Origin: Cetorhinus maximus
Lineage: Eukaryota
Direction of reading: 5' to 3'
DNA length: 64,000 nucleotides
Assembly (NCBI RefSeq): GCF_964194155.1
Contig: NW_027596508.1
Location: 62,001-126,000, forward strand
In this document: positions 1-13,225 of the stretch, in pieces
Layout: every line of letters begins with the position of its first letter
Position numbering within the stretch: position 1 is the stretch's first letter
Position numbers and translations under genes: made by a program
Notes under the pieces: generated by a model
The model's input: only the letters and a program-made list of their open reading frames with translations
Told to the model about the DNA's origin: nothing
The model's database searches: none

Positions 1-625
1 TAGATAGAGGTATTGAGTACAAAAACAGGGAAGTTATGATGAACATTTATAAAGCCCTGGTTAGGCCACAATTAGACTATTGCTTCCAGTTTTGGTCACT
101 ATGCTTTAGGAATGAAGTGAGGGTCCCCGAGAGGGTTCAGAGGAGATTTCCCGGAATGGTTCCAGGGATAAGGGATTTCAGCTGGAAGGTTAGGTTGGAG
201 AAGCTGGAGGTTGGAGCTGGGGTTGTTCTCCTTGCTGAGAGGGAGATTGAGAGTAGGTTTGATAGAAGTGGACAAGATTATGACAGTGTCAGATACGGTA
301 GACAAGAAAACCTGTTCCCATCAGCAAATCGTACAAGAACTCAGGTACACAGATTTACAGATTATGGGGGCGGGGAGGGGGGGTTGTAGAGTTTGGAGGA
401 GGGAGAAATGAAGCACATTTTATTTTTGACTCAGCAAGTGGTGATGACCTGGAAGTCACTGCCTTCGAGGTTAGTAAAAGCAGAGATAAACAATGGTTTC
501 AAAAGGAACTTGTTTGAACACTTGGGGGAATTAAACATGCAGGGATATGGTCATCGAGCAGGTCAATGGGACTGGCTGGATTGCCCTACACAGAGCTGGC
601 TTGGACTCTTCTGTGCTCTATGACA
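1..625 (+). mobile_element. CR1-type LINE, 3' end of ORF2 and tail (degenerate)
   Basis: Translation YKALVRPQLDYCFQFWS...ERVQRRF..M.PG and LGLFSL..RLR.GLIEV are typical of the CR1 ORF2 C-terminus; frameshifted. Confidence 0.85.
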
Positions 626-1132
626 TCATCATTCCTGACCAAAGGGAGGGAATTGAGCTTCAGGTGACCCTGCTGTCAGCTCATTGGGGTTAGACTCTGG
701 GAACTGACCACCATAATTGCCTTCTGATGGTGTTGCTTTAGGGTCTCCGGCACAGAACACCCCCACCCCACACTTCCCCATACACTGCAGAGAAGTGGGC
801 TCTCTCTTCCATCCAAGCCCTGGACTGTTGCCTTTAGAGCTGCATCCAAGAACCTGGGATCCCTTTCTCTTCCGTGTTGCTCTATTTCGAGTGCTTTGTT
901 TTACAGGCAATTTTTGCAAATCGGCAACAGCTTCCTTACAATTAGTGCAGTTCCCCTTTAAGAGGGGCAGGCTCGCTGGAACAGTAGCCATGCAAAACTG
1001 CTTTTCCTCCCTTTCAGGTATTCAGCAAGCGAACCTCACAGTGAGCTCTTGCCTGAAGGCTACACTCATGAAAATGAGTATGGAGGAAGAAGGGCAACAC
1101 CTTTTACCCGTAATAAGTTCAGTGAGTGACTC

Positions 1133-1136
<4 letters not shown>

Positions 1137-1168
<32 letters not shown>
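1137..1168 (+). repeat. (TG)16 microsatellite
   Basis: Direct reading. Confidence 0.97.
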
Positions 1169-1169
<1 letters not shown>

Positions 1170-2029
1170 TTATAAAAACAGCAAACTCTCCGAGATTAGA
1201 TACAGAACATTTCTACTCCAGCATCCTGATACTGTCTGTGAGGAACTCCATGGAAGATAATGAAAACTCTCTTCCTGCTGATTCAATTTCTGCTCCTGAC
1301 TCAGCCAAGTCCGACTGCAGGGAATGGGTTTCTCCATCCTGATAGTAAACACCGGCACATTTCCCCAATCCCTTCACAGCCAGTGTTCAGACAGGATTCT
1401 TTTCAAACTACATTACTCTCTTGGAATTTCACAGTTTAATTGTTTGAACATCACAATATAATTGGTTGAATTGTTATTTATGAAAGACTGAAGAATTTAA
1501 TGTAAACCAGTTGCACAGGTAAATTCCCTGAATGATTAGTCACTATCTGAGCGGCTGGAGGGGATGGTGGGTGTTGAGGGCTGATCCAAATAGACCAGCA
1601 AGAAAAGGGCAGTGCCGAGTTGGTGGATCACAGCCGGATGAGTTACTCAGTTGGGAGACTCTGTAATTGGCCTCAGTACCCAGGAACCACAGAGGAGTAA
1701 CTCCCAGTTGCTGCTCCCCATCGCTGCTACCTGCTGCAGTGTGAGAGTGCAGATTGTGTGTGAGGACAGAGTCGGCAGTTCCCTCAGTCCCTTTCCTCCA
1801 CACGCACTGTCCAGTCTAACAGGTGAAGAATGAGGAATTCAGAATGATACTGGAGGTGTCTGTGGGATCAATCCCCAGGCATGAGTCAGCTTTTCATAAT
1901 GAGGGCAAGGAGTGAGAGTAAGAGGGTTTAAGACAGGTTTATTTAAATTGATTAATACTGCAGCTTTCACACAGATTGGGTTGTGAGAACACAGATTGTG
2001 TTGATAAGAGAAGTGGTTTATTTATCCAT

Positions 2030-2440
2030 TGTCACTCTGCCTCAGTTGGGAGTTGAGTGAACAAATTGTGGGTTGATGTCCTACTCCAGTAGATCCAGAC
2101 CATCACTGGGGGAGTGCTGCACTGTTGGAGGTGTCATGTTTTGGATGAAAAGTTAAACTGAGACCCTGTCTACCTGTTAATGCCAAAGGTTATATCTGGT
2201 ACATTATTTGAAGAGCTGGCAGTTCTCCCCGTGTCTTGGAACAACATCACTCTCTCAACCAACATGACCAGAAACTCCTCACCCCGTCAAATCTCATTCA
2301 CTCTTTGTGCGACTTTGCTGAAAGCTGATTGGCTGCAATGTTTCCTATAAAACAGTATCAGTACTTCAGAAGCAATCGCCAGTCTGTGAAACTCTTTGGA
2401 CTCTTCTCATGACAGGAAAGGTTTGATATAAATGTCCGAT
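2030..2440 (+). mobile_element. Deu-domain-like SINE (SacSINE1/LmeSINE1-like), degenerate
   Basis: ggagtgctgcactgttggaggtgtcatgttttggatgaaaagttaaactgag...gaagagctggcagttctccccgtgtcttgg resembles the DeuSINE core as recalled; not database-checked. Confidence 0.6.
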
Positions 2441-3399
2441 CTTTCATTTCATTCTCTCTGGTCTGAGATTGTGGGTCTGGTGGGGTCCAATCTGAGAAAA
2501 ATCCCTTGGACTGCCCTTCAGGACAGAGAATGAGTCTGTACAGGTCGAGGGGAGGGAGGGATGTGTGGGTTTTAATTGAAAATAAAAGAGGTGAGGTTGA
2601 TGTGTGATCCAGAGTCATTCCAGTAATACTGATAGAGTCAGCTTCATGTTTTCACATTGATCTCCCTCCCTCTGTGTACAGAACAATCACTCAATTCATT
2701 CTTCATTTTGGATTTTAGTGTACAGGCGGGCTTGCTTTGTGAATGGAGGAGAAACTGTTCAAAAGGCCTGTGAGGAAACTGGGGAATTTCTCTTTAGAGA
2801 ACCTGACCAGTCAATATGTTGCGTTCGAATACAGTGAAAGATCTGGTGATGGATTCCCAGCAGCCCGAGCTCTCCAAGTTCTTACTGCATGAAATCTTCG
2901 TTTCTGGGAAACAGGCTGTTTGATTGTTTCAGTCCAGTGAGCACTGACCCTGTGTTACTGCTGTCTGAATAATGGGCTGTGCTCTGAAATAAAACTTACT
3001 GCTCTGATCACAGCTTCATATCCGTGTCTTGTTTCTCTTTAGGATCAGTGTGTCCCAGGACAAGGTATTTAGGGATGAATGAGGCTGGGAGAAGATGTGG
3101 GAATTGCAAGGAATGGGAAGTGGGGAATAACTCCAGAGAATCTCTGAAAGTTCAGAATAACCCAATAAAGAAGGGACTGAGAGAAGACAGGGGTCTTAGG
3201 TTGTCAGCACTCTGACCATTCACGGAGCAAGCTATCTCACAAATATCAGAGGCGGGAGAAGGAGCGAAGGCTGTGGAAGGCGTTTAAGGGGACGAGGAAA
3301 GTGGGTCGGGAATTGGTTCATGGGGTGGGGAAGGGTTTCAAAGGGAGGATTGGTGGCTAAGGGGGCAGAGAAGGGGTTTGGAAGAGGAATGTTTTCGAA

Positions 3400-3555
3400 C
3401 GTACGAACATATGAAGATAGGAATTCGGAGCAGGAGTCGGTCAATCAGGCCCTCGAGCCTGCTCTGCCATTTGATAAGATCATGATCGATCTGATCACGG
3501 CCTCAACTCCACATTCCGCCTGTCCCCATAACCTTTCACTCCCTTGTTAGTCAGG
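3400..3555 (-). mobile_element. CR1 3' tail fragment
   Basis: gaacatatgaa...ggagcaggagtcgg..ggccctcgagcctgctctgccatt resembles the tail at 10790-10870. Confidence 0.65.
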
Positions 3556-4179
3556 GAAAAAAAATCACCCTGGCTGCTGCAATTTCAATAAGATGGACAT
3601 TGTTGCAGATTGAAGGAGCATCTCCTTCACTCCCATTGAGGGAGCAGGAGAATTCAACGGGAATTGCTCACTTTTCATGGCTTCCTGGGAATTGACCAAG
3701 TTTCGCTGGAAGCAGCAGTGAGACAGGGACTGGAATCCTCGGCCCTCAGATTACAAAGCTGATCCTTTCCCAATGGGTCAGAGGCTGGGGAAAGGGCTTT
3801 ACCAGGTGGGGAAGAGTTTCAGTGGGTGGGGAAGGAGATCAGGAGGAGGAGACGAGGGTGCAGTGTTGATGGGAGGGGGGCTGGGGCTCGTTCAGTGGTG
3901 AAGGGCTGTAGACGGGTTTCAGAGGGTGCGGCCATCATATACAAAATGGGCTGAGTGGCCTTTTCAGTGTTTTCTGTGACTCCTTTCTATGTTTCTATGA
4001 AAAAAGCAAAATATTGCATGTATATATTTTCCTTCACAAACTCAGAACATCTCAATGAGCTTTACAGACAATGAATTCCTTTTAAAGTGTAGTCACTGCT
4101 GTGGGAAATACAGAAACTACATTTCACTGATGCCAATTAAAACAGCAACTGGTCTGTGTAAAGCCAGAGGGCGAGAGAG

Positions 4180-5600
4180 GAGGAACTCGGGGGAGAGGAA
4201 GGGGGAAACAAATGGAGGGAATGGGATCCAGGTAGGGGAAGGAGGAAAGCAAGATACAGGCAGAGTGGTTTCGGGAGGGAATTCGAGAGCTTAGGGCCCA
4301 GGAGCTGAAGGCACAGCCACCAATGGTGGAGTGATTAAAATCAGGGATGTCCTGAAATTAGTGGAGCTCAGATTTCTCAGCGCATTGTCGGCCTGGAGGA
4401 GATTCCAGAGATAGGGAGAGGTGAGGTCATGAAGGGATTTGAAAACAAGGGTGAGAATTTTATCATTGAGACCAGGAGTCGGTGTAGGTTAACGTGCACA
4501 GGGGTGATGGGTGACCGCCATTTGGAGTGAACTCAGATCCAGGAAGCAGAGTTTTGGATGAGCTTCACTCTCTGGAGGGTGAAAAATGGGAGGTTGGCCG
4601 GGAGTGCGTTTGAATGGTCAAATCTAGAGGGAACAAAAGCATGGACGAGGGTTTGCGCAGTGGATGAAGGCTTCAGGGCCGGTTAATTGAGGCATGGTGA
4701 CATGGGAAGGTTGTGGCATAGTGGTGTTGGTAATTATTGGTAATTAACTAGATTGGTAATCCAGAGACCCAGGGTAATGCCCTGGGGATGCTGGGTTCAA
4801 ATCCCACCACAGCAGATGGTGGAATCTGAATACAATATATTTTCAAAAATCTAATGATGACCATGAAACCATTGTCGATTGTTGTAAAAACCCATCTGGT
4901 TCACTAATTCCCTTTAGGGAAGGAAATCTGCCGTCCTTACCTGGTCTGGCCTACATGTGAGCCTCAAGGGCAATTAGGGTGGACAATAAATGCTGGCCTA
5001 GCCAGCGACACTCACATTAAAATAAAATGTGCAATGTTACAGACCTGGGAATAGATGATCTTGGTGAAGGAACTGGTATGTGGTCAGAAGCTCATTTCAG
5101 GGTGAAGTGAGGTGCCAAGGTTATGAGAGTTTGTTTCAGTCTCAGACAGTGACCAGGGAGAGGGATAGAGTCAGTGACTGGGAATGGAATTTGTAGTGTG
5201 GTCTTTGGTCTTCTGAATATTTAGTTGGGGGAATTTTCTGCTTATCCAGTACTGCATGTCGGGTAAGAAGTCTGATCATTTAATGACAGTGGAGGGGTTG
5301 TGAGAGGTGATGGTGAAGTGGAGCTGGGTGTTATCAGCATACATGTGGTAACTAACACTGTGTTTTCAGATAATGTCACCAAGGGGCAGCATATAGATGA
5401 GAAATAGGAGGAGCCAAGGATAGATCCCTGGGGGATTGCAGAGGTAACAGAGCAGGAGTGGGAAGAGAAGCCATTGTAGGTGATACTCTGGAAAGATTAG
5501 AATGGGAGCAGGTGAGTGCAGTCTGACCCAGCTGATCAATCCCTTCTCATCCTTCTCAACCTTTGACACTGTTCACTTCACCATCCTCCTCCAATGCCTT
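4180..5600 (-). mobile_element. L2-clade LINE ORF2 fragment (RT and C-terminus), interrupted by a SINE
   Basis: Minus strand encodes PQGSILG / LLFLIYMLPLGDII / HMYADNTQL and KILTLVFKSLHDLTSPYL. Confidence 0.8.
4705..5030 (+). mobile_element. tRNA-derived SINE
   Basis: B-box gggttcaaatccc, core aaaacccatctggttcactaa..ctttagggaaggaaatctgcc and LINE-like tail aataaatgctggcctagccagcg; further copies at ~33570, ~43905 and ~62740. Confidence 0.8.
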
Positions 5601-6149
5601 TCCACTGTCAGGTCAGTGTTCACAGCAGATGAAGATGATAATGTACCTGATATTCCAGGAAAACCAATGATGATTCAAGGACTAGGGGTCAGTAAAGTTA
5701 ACGAGTGTAGTGAAGACGTGAGTTCTTGATCACCTGTATCTTGGGAGGCAGCACATCCACCTCAATATGTGCGGTGAGTGTGACAGAATAGGGACATTCT
5801 GCTCAGTCAGGAACACCCAGACTAACTGTAAGAGAGAAGCTGTAACTCAAACCAAAGAATGAGGGATATCCACTCAGAGTAAACTGAGCCTGAGAGAGAG
5901 CACAGGGAAATCCAAGCCCTGTACGTGCTGAATGAGCTACTTTCACCAGGTGTGGTGCAGAGACACACAGGCACACAGTCTCTATTCCCAGCCTGCGCTC
6001 AGTGAGGTGCTCTCACCCAGGCACTGAAACCCACACATGGAGCACAGGAAGATCCCAGTATCTGTACTGAGTGGTCTGACTCCAGGGGTTTGATGAATTA
6101 CAGCAACACCTCCACTGGTGAGGCTGGTGAACTGCAGCATGACATGTTT

Positions 6150-6460
6150 ACATAGGAAGCTACCATTGGAAACCCTGAGCAGAGAATTCCAAAGATTCAC
6201 AGTGATGAAATTTCCCCTCATCTCAGTACTAAATGATCATTATCTGAGACAGTGCTCGTGTTTTAGATTCCCCAATCAGCAGAAACAATCTCCCAGTTTT
6301 TACCGCATCAAGCCCCATTCAGAATCTTGTAAGTTTCAATGAGATCGCCTCTCATTCTTCCAAACACTATAGAGAGAATAAAAAGCCCAATTTGATCAGC
6401 GTCTCATCGTAGGCCAATCACCACATCCCAGGGACCACTTTAGTGAAACTTTGCTTCGGT
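6150..6460 (-). mobile_element. CR1 ORF2 3' fragment
   Basis: Minus strand agaatgagaggcgatctcattgaaacttacaagattctg (RMRGDLIETYKIL). Confidence 0.75.
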
Positions 6461-7048
6461 TTTAAAATTCACTCCCAATTCAGTTTGATAGTTTCACATC
6501 GAAGGAACAGTCTGTAATGGGCAGGTAGGAAGACCCATTCACAACATTCTGTAATGGGACCCAGTCCAATTCAATCATTGTAAAGATAACACATCACAGA
6601 TTAGAGATTGGTGCCTGGTGACAGGAGCAGCCGAGGGAGTGAATCCAGAGTCCAGGCTTCTGGTGTAAGAAGTTAGAAAGTGACATTAAAGTTTCTGCAC
6701 TCCAGCGGTTTAAGGTTAATGAATTAACATTTCTCAATAAGTAAACACACTGGAAAAGGAGAAGGCTGACACATTCCCTTTAAATCCACTCTAACTGAGT
6801 GGGAGGAGGTGGAACATTAACAGGTGAGGCCAAGAAATTGGACAAAGGGTCAGGGACCAATGTTTAGTTTACATCACAAATACTGAATAAAGAAACAGAC
6901 ATTCCGCTGGGAGAGAAACTGCATTTTGGAGAAACATGTGATCGAATTGGAAAACATTGGAAAATTGACCTACAATCCTCCAGCAAGATATTTATCATTA
7001 ACTCAATATGGGAAAAGATGGTGCAGCTTTTTCAGGGAGATTGTGGGT

Positions 7049-7064
7049 GGCTCTTAAAAGAGCC
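7049..7064 (-). terminator. Histone 3' stem-loop with downstream element (HDE ~7024-7033)
   Basis: Minus strand GGCTCTTTTAAGAGCC-ACCCA followed by GAAAAAGCTG. Confidence 0.95.
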
Positions 7065-7101
7065 GTTGTGTTTTGAATGCTTTTCAGTCCATTGTGGGGC
7101 T

Positions 7102-7462
<361 letters not shown>

Positions 7463-9560
7463 TTTTTTTGCCTCCAGAAATATACTTTCATAAAATTTGT
7501 AGGAGTACGTTGCAAACCATTTCAACTTGAAAATTACCGCAAGTGCAACAAAGTTCAACTTGTCCCCATCCCTAGGTGCCTGTCCGCAGTTGTAGTTCCC
7601 CTGATGTTTATAATATATGTTCCATGTCAGGAATACAGCCCAATGGCAATTGTTTTCAAACTGAAACATTACAGAAACTGCAACAGAATTCAACTTGCCT
7701 TCATGCAGCAAGTTCCTCTCTGAGGTGCTTCAATCCAATTTCTGTTACTCTTGATATTCAGAAAGTACAATCAATGTCAGGCATATAGCCCCAGAGGTGC
7801 TATAAAATTCTTCAGGCCCTCAGTGCACTATGGGTGAAAGGCATTCAGCAGTGACCTTTCCCCATTGAACCTCTGTGGTGGCTGTTCCAAGCTTTAATGT
7901 GTTCCTCAGCACATAGTCTTCGATCTTGGAATGTGCCAGTCTATATCACTCAAAAGGTAGGCAAGTTTCGGGCAGACCAAAGAGCTGATGATCCTCCAGC
8001 TGCAGTTGATGTTTATCTTGGTGTGTGTCCCTGGGAACAGGCCATAGAGCACTGAGTCCTACATCACAGAGCTGCTCAGGATGAACCTCGACAAACACCA
8101 CTGCATCTCTAGCCAGACCTTCTTGGAAAAGGTACATCCCAGAAGGTGCAGAACAATGGCCTCTTCTCCACTACAGCCACCGAGTGTGATGAGCGGAAGG
8201 AGAGAGTCTTTGGGCTTGGAGGAAGGACATGATGGGGAGGACCTTTCTCACCACCAGCCAAGCTACATCCTAGGGGTTGTTTGAAAGTTCTGGTGATGAG
8301 GCTTTCTGCCAAAAGACATTGATAGTTCACTGAGCAGGCTATCTGACAGAATCTACCATCGCCTTATCCTGCTGTACCTGTAGATCATTACGTGGGTACC
8401 ACTGCTGGATGGAGTTGTCCTCAAAGATGTTTTTCTAAATAAAATTTTCCACAAGTTACCCATCCTCGTGTCACCGGGTCAGGTAGAACCTCAGCACATA
8501 TTGACACTTGCTGTTTGCTTCCCGGGGGTCTATGCACAGCTTGATGCAGCCACACACAACAGGGCAATTAGGATGAGGGTGATGTTGGTCACATTTTGTC
8601 CCCATTTATCTAGAGGTTTCATTGCCATGTCCCTGTGAACATGGTCCATTTGCAACCTCCAGATAAAGCAGAAGATAGTTCGGGTGATCACCACAGTGTA
8701 GGAGTGATGAAAGGGTCAAACCTGCACCATGTACAACACCAAGAGTGTTTCATACCTGATGACCAGTTTCTTAGCAGTGATGGAGAGGGAGCGTCGCTCC
8801 CGCATGCCCAGTTTTTCTTTGACCATAGCTACTTGCTCCTTTCAGTCTCCAGTGCATGCCCAGGACCATATCCCCAACACCTTCAGGCAGCCTGACCTGA
8901 CAGTGAAGGGGACAAAGAAATGGTCAGCCTAGGTCCCCAAAGAACATGACGTCACTCTTGCCACAATTTAGCTTGGCTCCCGAGGCCAGTTTGAACCAAT
9001 CACAGGTCTGTACACTATCAGTGGATCCAAGCAGAAGATGATGACGTTGTCCATGTACAGGGAGGCTTTGACCTGAGTGCCTCCGCTGCCTGGGATTGTC
9101 ACCCTTCTTATACCCGAATCCTTCCTGATGGACTCAGCGAGAGGTTCTATGCAAAATACGAACAGGAGAGGGGAGAGAGTGCTTCAGATTTATCGGAAAG
9201 ATATCCAATTTCACCCATTGGCTGAAACTGCACTACTGAGGTTTATGTAGAGCAGCTGGACCCAACTGCAGATTCCCTCTCCAAACTCCATTTTGGAGGG
9301 CAGGTCCATCAAGTAGGCGTGTGATATTCTGCCATAGGCCTTCTCCTGGCCCAAGCTGATGAGGTAGGTCCAGCCGCCCCCATCCTGCAATTATTTCCCT
9401 GAGTAGCGAGAGGCTATAAGATATCTTCTTGCCATGTACAGCGCAGGTCTAGTCAGGGTGGATCACCAGCCCCAGAGCCCATTGGAAATGGCCTTGGACA
9501 GAATTTTGTAGTCCACGTTCAGCAGTGAAATGGATCACACATTTCTAATTTCTTCCCTTT
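7463..9560 (-). mobile_element. Tx1/L1-clade non-LTR retrotransposon, 5'-truncated and degenerate, with 3' UTR and short A tail
   Basis: Minus strand ISLLNVDYKILSK (~9500-9530), SLYMDNVII (~9040-9065), VLYGLFPGTH and HSKIEDYVLR at the C-terminus; 3' end tttatgaaagtatatttctggaggcaaaaaaa. Confidence 0.82.
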
Positions 9561-10789
9561 CCCGCTATTCAGCGATTGGATTTCTATTCTGTCTCTTCAG
9601 ATATTTGTCCTCTGTAGCTATGTGAATGTGGCCTATCAGTAACTGATATTTGGATAAAGCTTTTAATCTATGTCAGTTTTGTGGCAGTTGATTACAACAA
9701 TTAATTCATAACATTTAATCTCCAATTTATGTTTTTTTAAATCTCCATACCATGCAGCTTCAAAGGAAGTGTTTTCCTGTGTTCCTGTCAGTCTCTCCTA
9801 TGTCAGTCTGTATTTTAATCTGCACCTGTCAGTCTCTGCTACATGAGTGTGGGTTTGACTCTGTCTCTTTCAATCTCCCAAATGTGGATGTGGCTTTTCA
9901 TCTGCTATTGTCAGTTCCTGATAGGTGACGATCTGTTTTTGTTTGTATTTGCCAATCTCTGTTCAGTGAATGCAGGTTTTGTTTCCATCAATCACTGACG
10001 TGTGTGTGTGTGGTTTTTACTCCTTGTCTGTCAGTAGGTAATTTTGTATTTTATTCTGTACTGTTGGTATTTGGTATGGAAAGTGTTTTTTTTTACTCCA
10101 TATTTCTCAGTCTGTGGTATGGTGTGCAATTTGTCTGTACATGCTCATTTCTGATATGTGAAGGGTTTTTTTACCCTGTGCATATCAATATTTGGCATAA
10201 TTGGGTGTTTTTTGTAGCTTCTAGTTTCTTATTTTGAGTGTGGCTTTACTGTGTTTCTGGCAGTGTCAGGTATGTGTGAATGAGTGATTTTTTAAACTCC
10301 CTGTGTCTATAAGTTTCACATATGTGATTGTGACTTTGACAATCTACCTGTCAGGTTTGGTAGGTGTGAGTGTTTTGCACAATGCAGCTGTCAGTTCCTG
10401 TTGAGCCAGTGATGGTCTTACACAAATACTAGAAATTAACAGGGATGATGTAAGTGTTTTATTTTGGACAAGTTGGTTGCTTGCCGGTGAGTTTAGTTTC
10501 ACATTGTGTCTTTCTGTAGTTTGAGAGTGTGGGTTTTAGTCTGTATCTCTTGTTTTGTTTTGAGATGAGTGGGCATTTTATGCTATTATAATTTCCATTT
10601 CTGGAATGTCAATGTGCCTTTTACACTGAATTGATCAGTATCTGATGTGTGAGCATGCCCTTTACCTGCCATTTTCTGTTATGAGTGTGGGTTTTAGTCT
10701 GCCTATCATTTTCTGTCATGTAATTGTGGGATATACACTATTCTTATTAACTTCCCTCATGCAATTGTCACATTTAATCTTATTTTTTA

Positions 10790-11235
10790 AGAACATAATA
10801 AATAGGACTAGGAGTAGGTCATTCGGCCTCTTGAATATGCTCCACTATTCAATAAGACCATGGCTGATATAATTGTGACCTTTGCTGCCTGGCCCCCAAA
10901 GCCTCGACTCCCTTGCCAATCAGAAATCAGTCCAACACAGCTTTGAATTTATTCAAAGACCCAACCTCCACTGCTCTCCGGGGACGAGAATTCCAAAGTC
11001 TAACCACCCTTTGGGAGAAAAAATCCTTCTCATTGCAATCTAAAATGGCAGACACTTTATTTTTAAGCTGTGGACCATAGTTCTAGACTCCTCATGAGGG
11101 GGAACGTCCTCCCAGAATCTTCCCCGTCAAGTCCCCTCGGAAACTTATATTTCTAAATAAGATCACCTCCCATTCTTCTCAATTCCACTGAGTATTGGCC
11201 TAAATCGAGCAACCTTTCCTCATACGACCAATTTG
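10790..11235 (-). mobile_element. CR1 3' fragment
   Basis: Tail agaacata..ataggactaggagtaggtcattcggcc and minus-strand RMGGDLI motif. Confidence 0.75.
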
Positions 11236-12629
11236 GCTCATCTATGTCAATGTTGGTTTTACTCTGATTCCCTCACTGTCCGATATGTGATTGTGGGCTT
11301 TGTCCTGTAACTTTTGGTTCCTGCTAAGTGCCTGGATTTTAATCTCTATCTGTTAGACTCTGCTATGGTCATATGCATTTCCTGATTTATTATATCTAAA
11401 TCTATAACCGTCAGTAAGTGGTATGACTGTGTGGATTTATATTGAATATGTGATTTCCTGCCATGTTAGTGTTCTTTTCACTCTGTACAAGTCAGTATTT
11501 TGGAAGACTGGGTTATATACTGCACCGGTCAAACTTTTAAGTGGGGCAATGTGCTTTAATCTGTTTCTGTCAATCTCTTTTATGCAAGTACCTTATTTTA
11601 TATCCACCTGTCCGTTTCTGAAAAATGGGTGTAATCTGTATTCTGTCCTGCCCAGTTTCTGGTTCAGTGAGAATTAGTTTGCTCTCTCTCCAACTGTTTC
11701 TGCTATGAGAATCTGGGCTTTATTGTGCAAGTCACTTACTGATGTGTGATTGTGGATTTTAACTGTTTCAGTTTTGGATAGGTGGACTTAATTATTTTTG
11801 CCTATTTTTGTTACATGAGTGTGTATTTTATTTTGTTCCTGTCGTTTTTTGCTGGAGTGAATGCTGGCTTTGCTTTGGGTCTGTCAATTTCTTAAACATG
11901 TATCTGGGTTTTCCTTTGTACTTGGACATTTCCAGTGTGGAAGAAAAGGCCTTACTCTTTATATGTAAATTTCTGACAAGTGAATATGGGATTGCTGTGA
12001 ACCTCAGTGTCTAATTTGTTATTTTTGGCTTTAATCTTTACCTGGCAGTTTCCAGTCTGTGAATCAGGATCTTCTTCTGCACCTGTCAGTTACAGCTTAG
12101 TGAGTGTCTATTTTTCTCTGTACTAGTTAGTCGCTGGTACGGAAGAAAGGTTTTTCTCCTGTACCTTTTAAATTCTGGCAAGTGAATGTGCGGTCACTCT
12201 GTGCCTATCAATTTGTTAGATGTTATTTTAGATTTAACTCTGCAATTGTGTGTATCTGATATGAGAATGTTGATCTAATTCTGTACCTGTCAGTTACTGT
12301 AACAGAATATGTTTTTATTCAGTACCTCTTCATTTTGTTTAATGAGATGTAGGTTTTACTGTGAATCTTTTAACCTGTAGAATGTAGATGTTGCTATGAT
12401 TCGGTGTCTGTGTCTGATTGGTGAACATTTGTATTCATTTCCCTGTTGATTTTATTATGGACTTCTTTATAATTGAGATGCGACTGTGGGTTTTGTGCTT
12501 TGCCTGCACGTCTACGATAAGTGAGTGTGGCTTTTTCCCTGCAATGGGATATCTCGCTCGAGTGTGACCATCTTTTTTTTTGTGCTTGTTAGTTTATGGT
12601 AAATGATTGAAAGGTTTAATCTTACTCTG

Positions 12630-13225
12630 CCACACAACTACTACAGCTTCAGGAACAGGTCAAAGCAGGTCCACAGTGAGTAACTGACCTTTGCACTCCT
12701 TAAAGCCTATTCTGCAACTTACAACCTACTAGTCAGAAGTGTGATTAAATACTTTCCACTACTGAGTGCACTCCCAACAACACTCATGCAGATCAATAAT
12801 ATTCTGGATAAAGTATCTGAGTGACACACAATTCATGAGTCCATTCCCTCCCCCACTGTCACACAGTTTGTACCATCTACGAGATCTACTGCAGCAACTC
12901 AAAAAGACTACTTCAACAGCATCCTTCAAACCTGCAACCTGTTATACATAGAAGAACATGGACAGAAGGTGCCTGGAACAACACCACCTGCAAAGTCACC
13001 CCCAATTCAAACACCATCCTGACTTGACAATATATCACCATTCAGTCATCATCACTGAGTCAGAATCCTGGAACTTGCTACCTAACAACAAAGTTGCCAC
13101 ACCTATGGATGACAGACAGCATCAGACAGAAGGCAGTCCACCACCGCCTTCAAAATGACAATTGGGGAGGAGCAAAACTCCTGGACATTCTAGTGACACA
13201 AACATCCAAAGAAGAAATCAAACAA
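12630..13225 (+). mobile_element. CR1/L2-type LINE 3' end
   Basis: tacaacctactagtcagaagtgtgatt..., gaacaacaccacctgcaa, atcctggaac; same family as 14620-14800, 25570-25790, 26630-26760 and 31595-31790. Confidence 0.65.

Noticed and set aside
1018-2936. Plus-strand exon-like blocks (1018-1121, 2726-2936), the second with a faint death-fold-like peptide
   Set aside because: Splice-like signals are present, but the second block has stops in all frames and no protein family could be recognised with confidence
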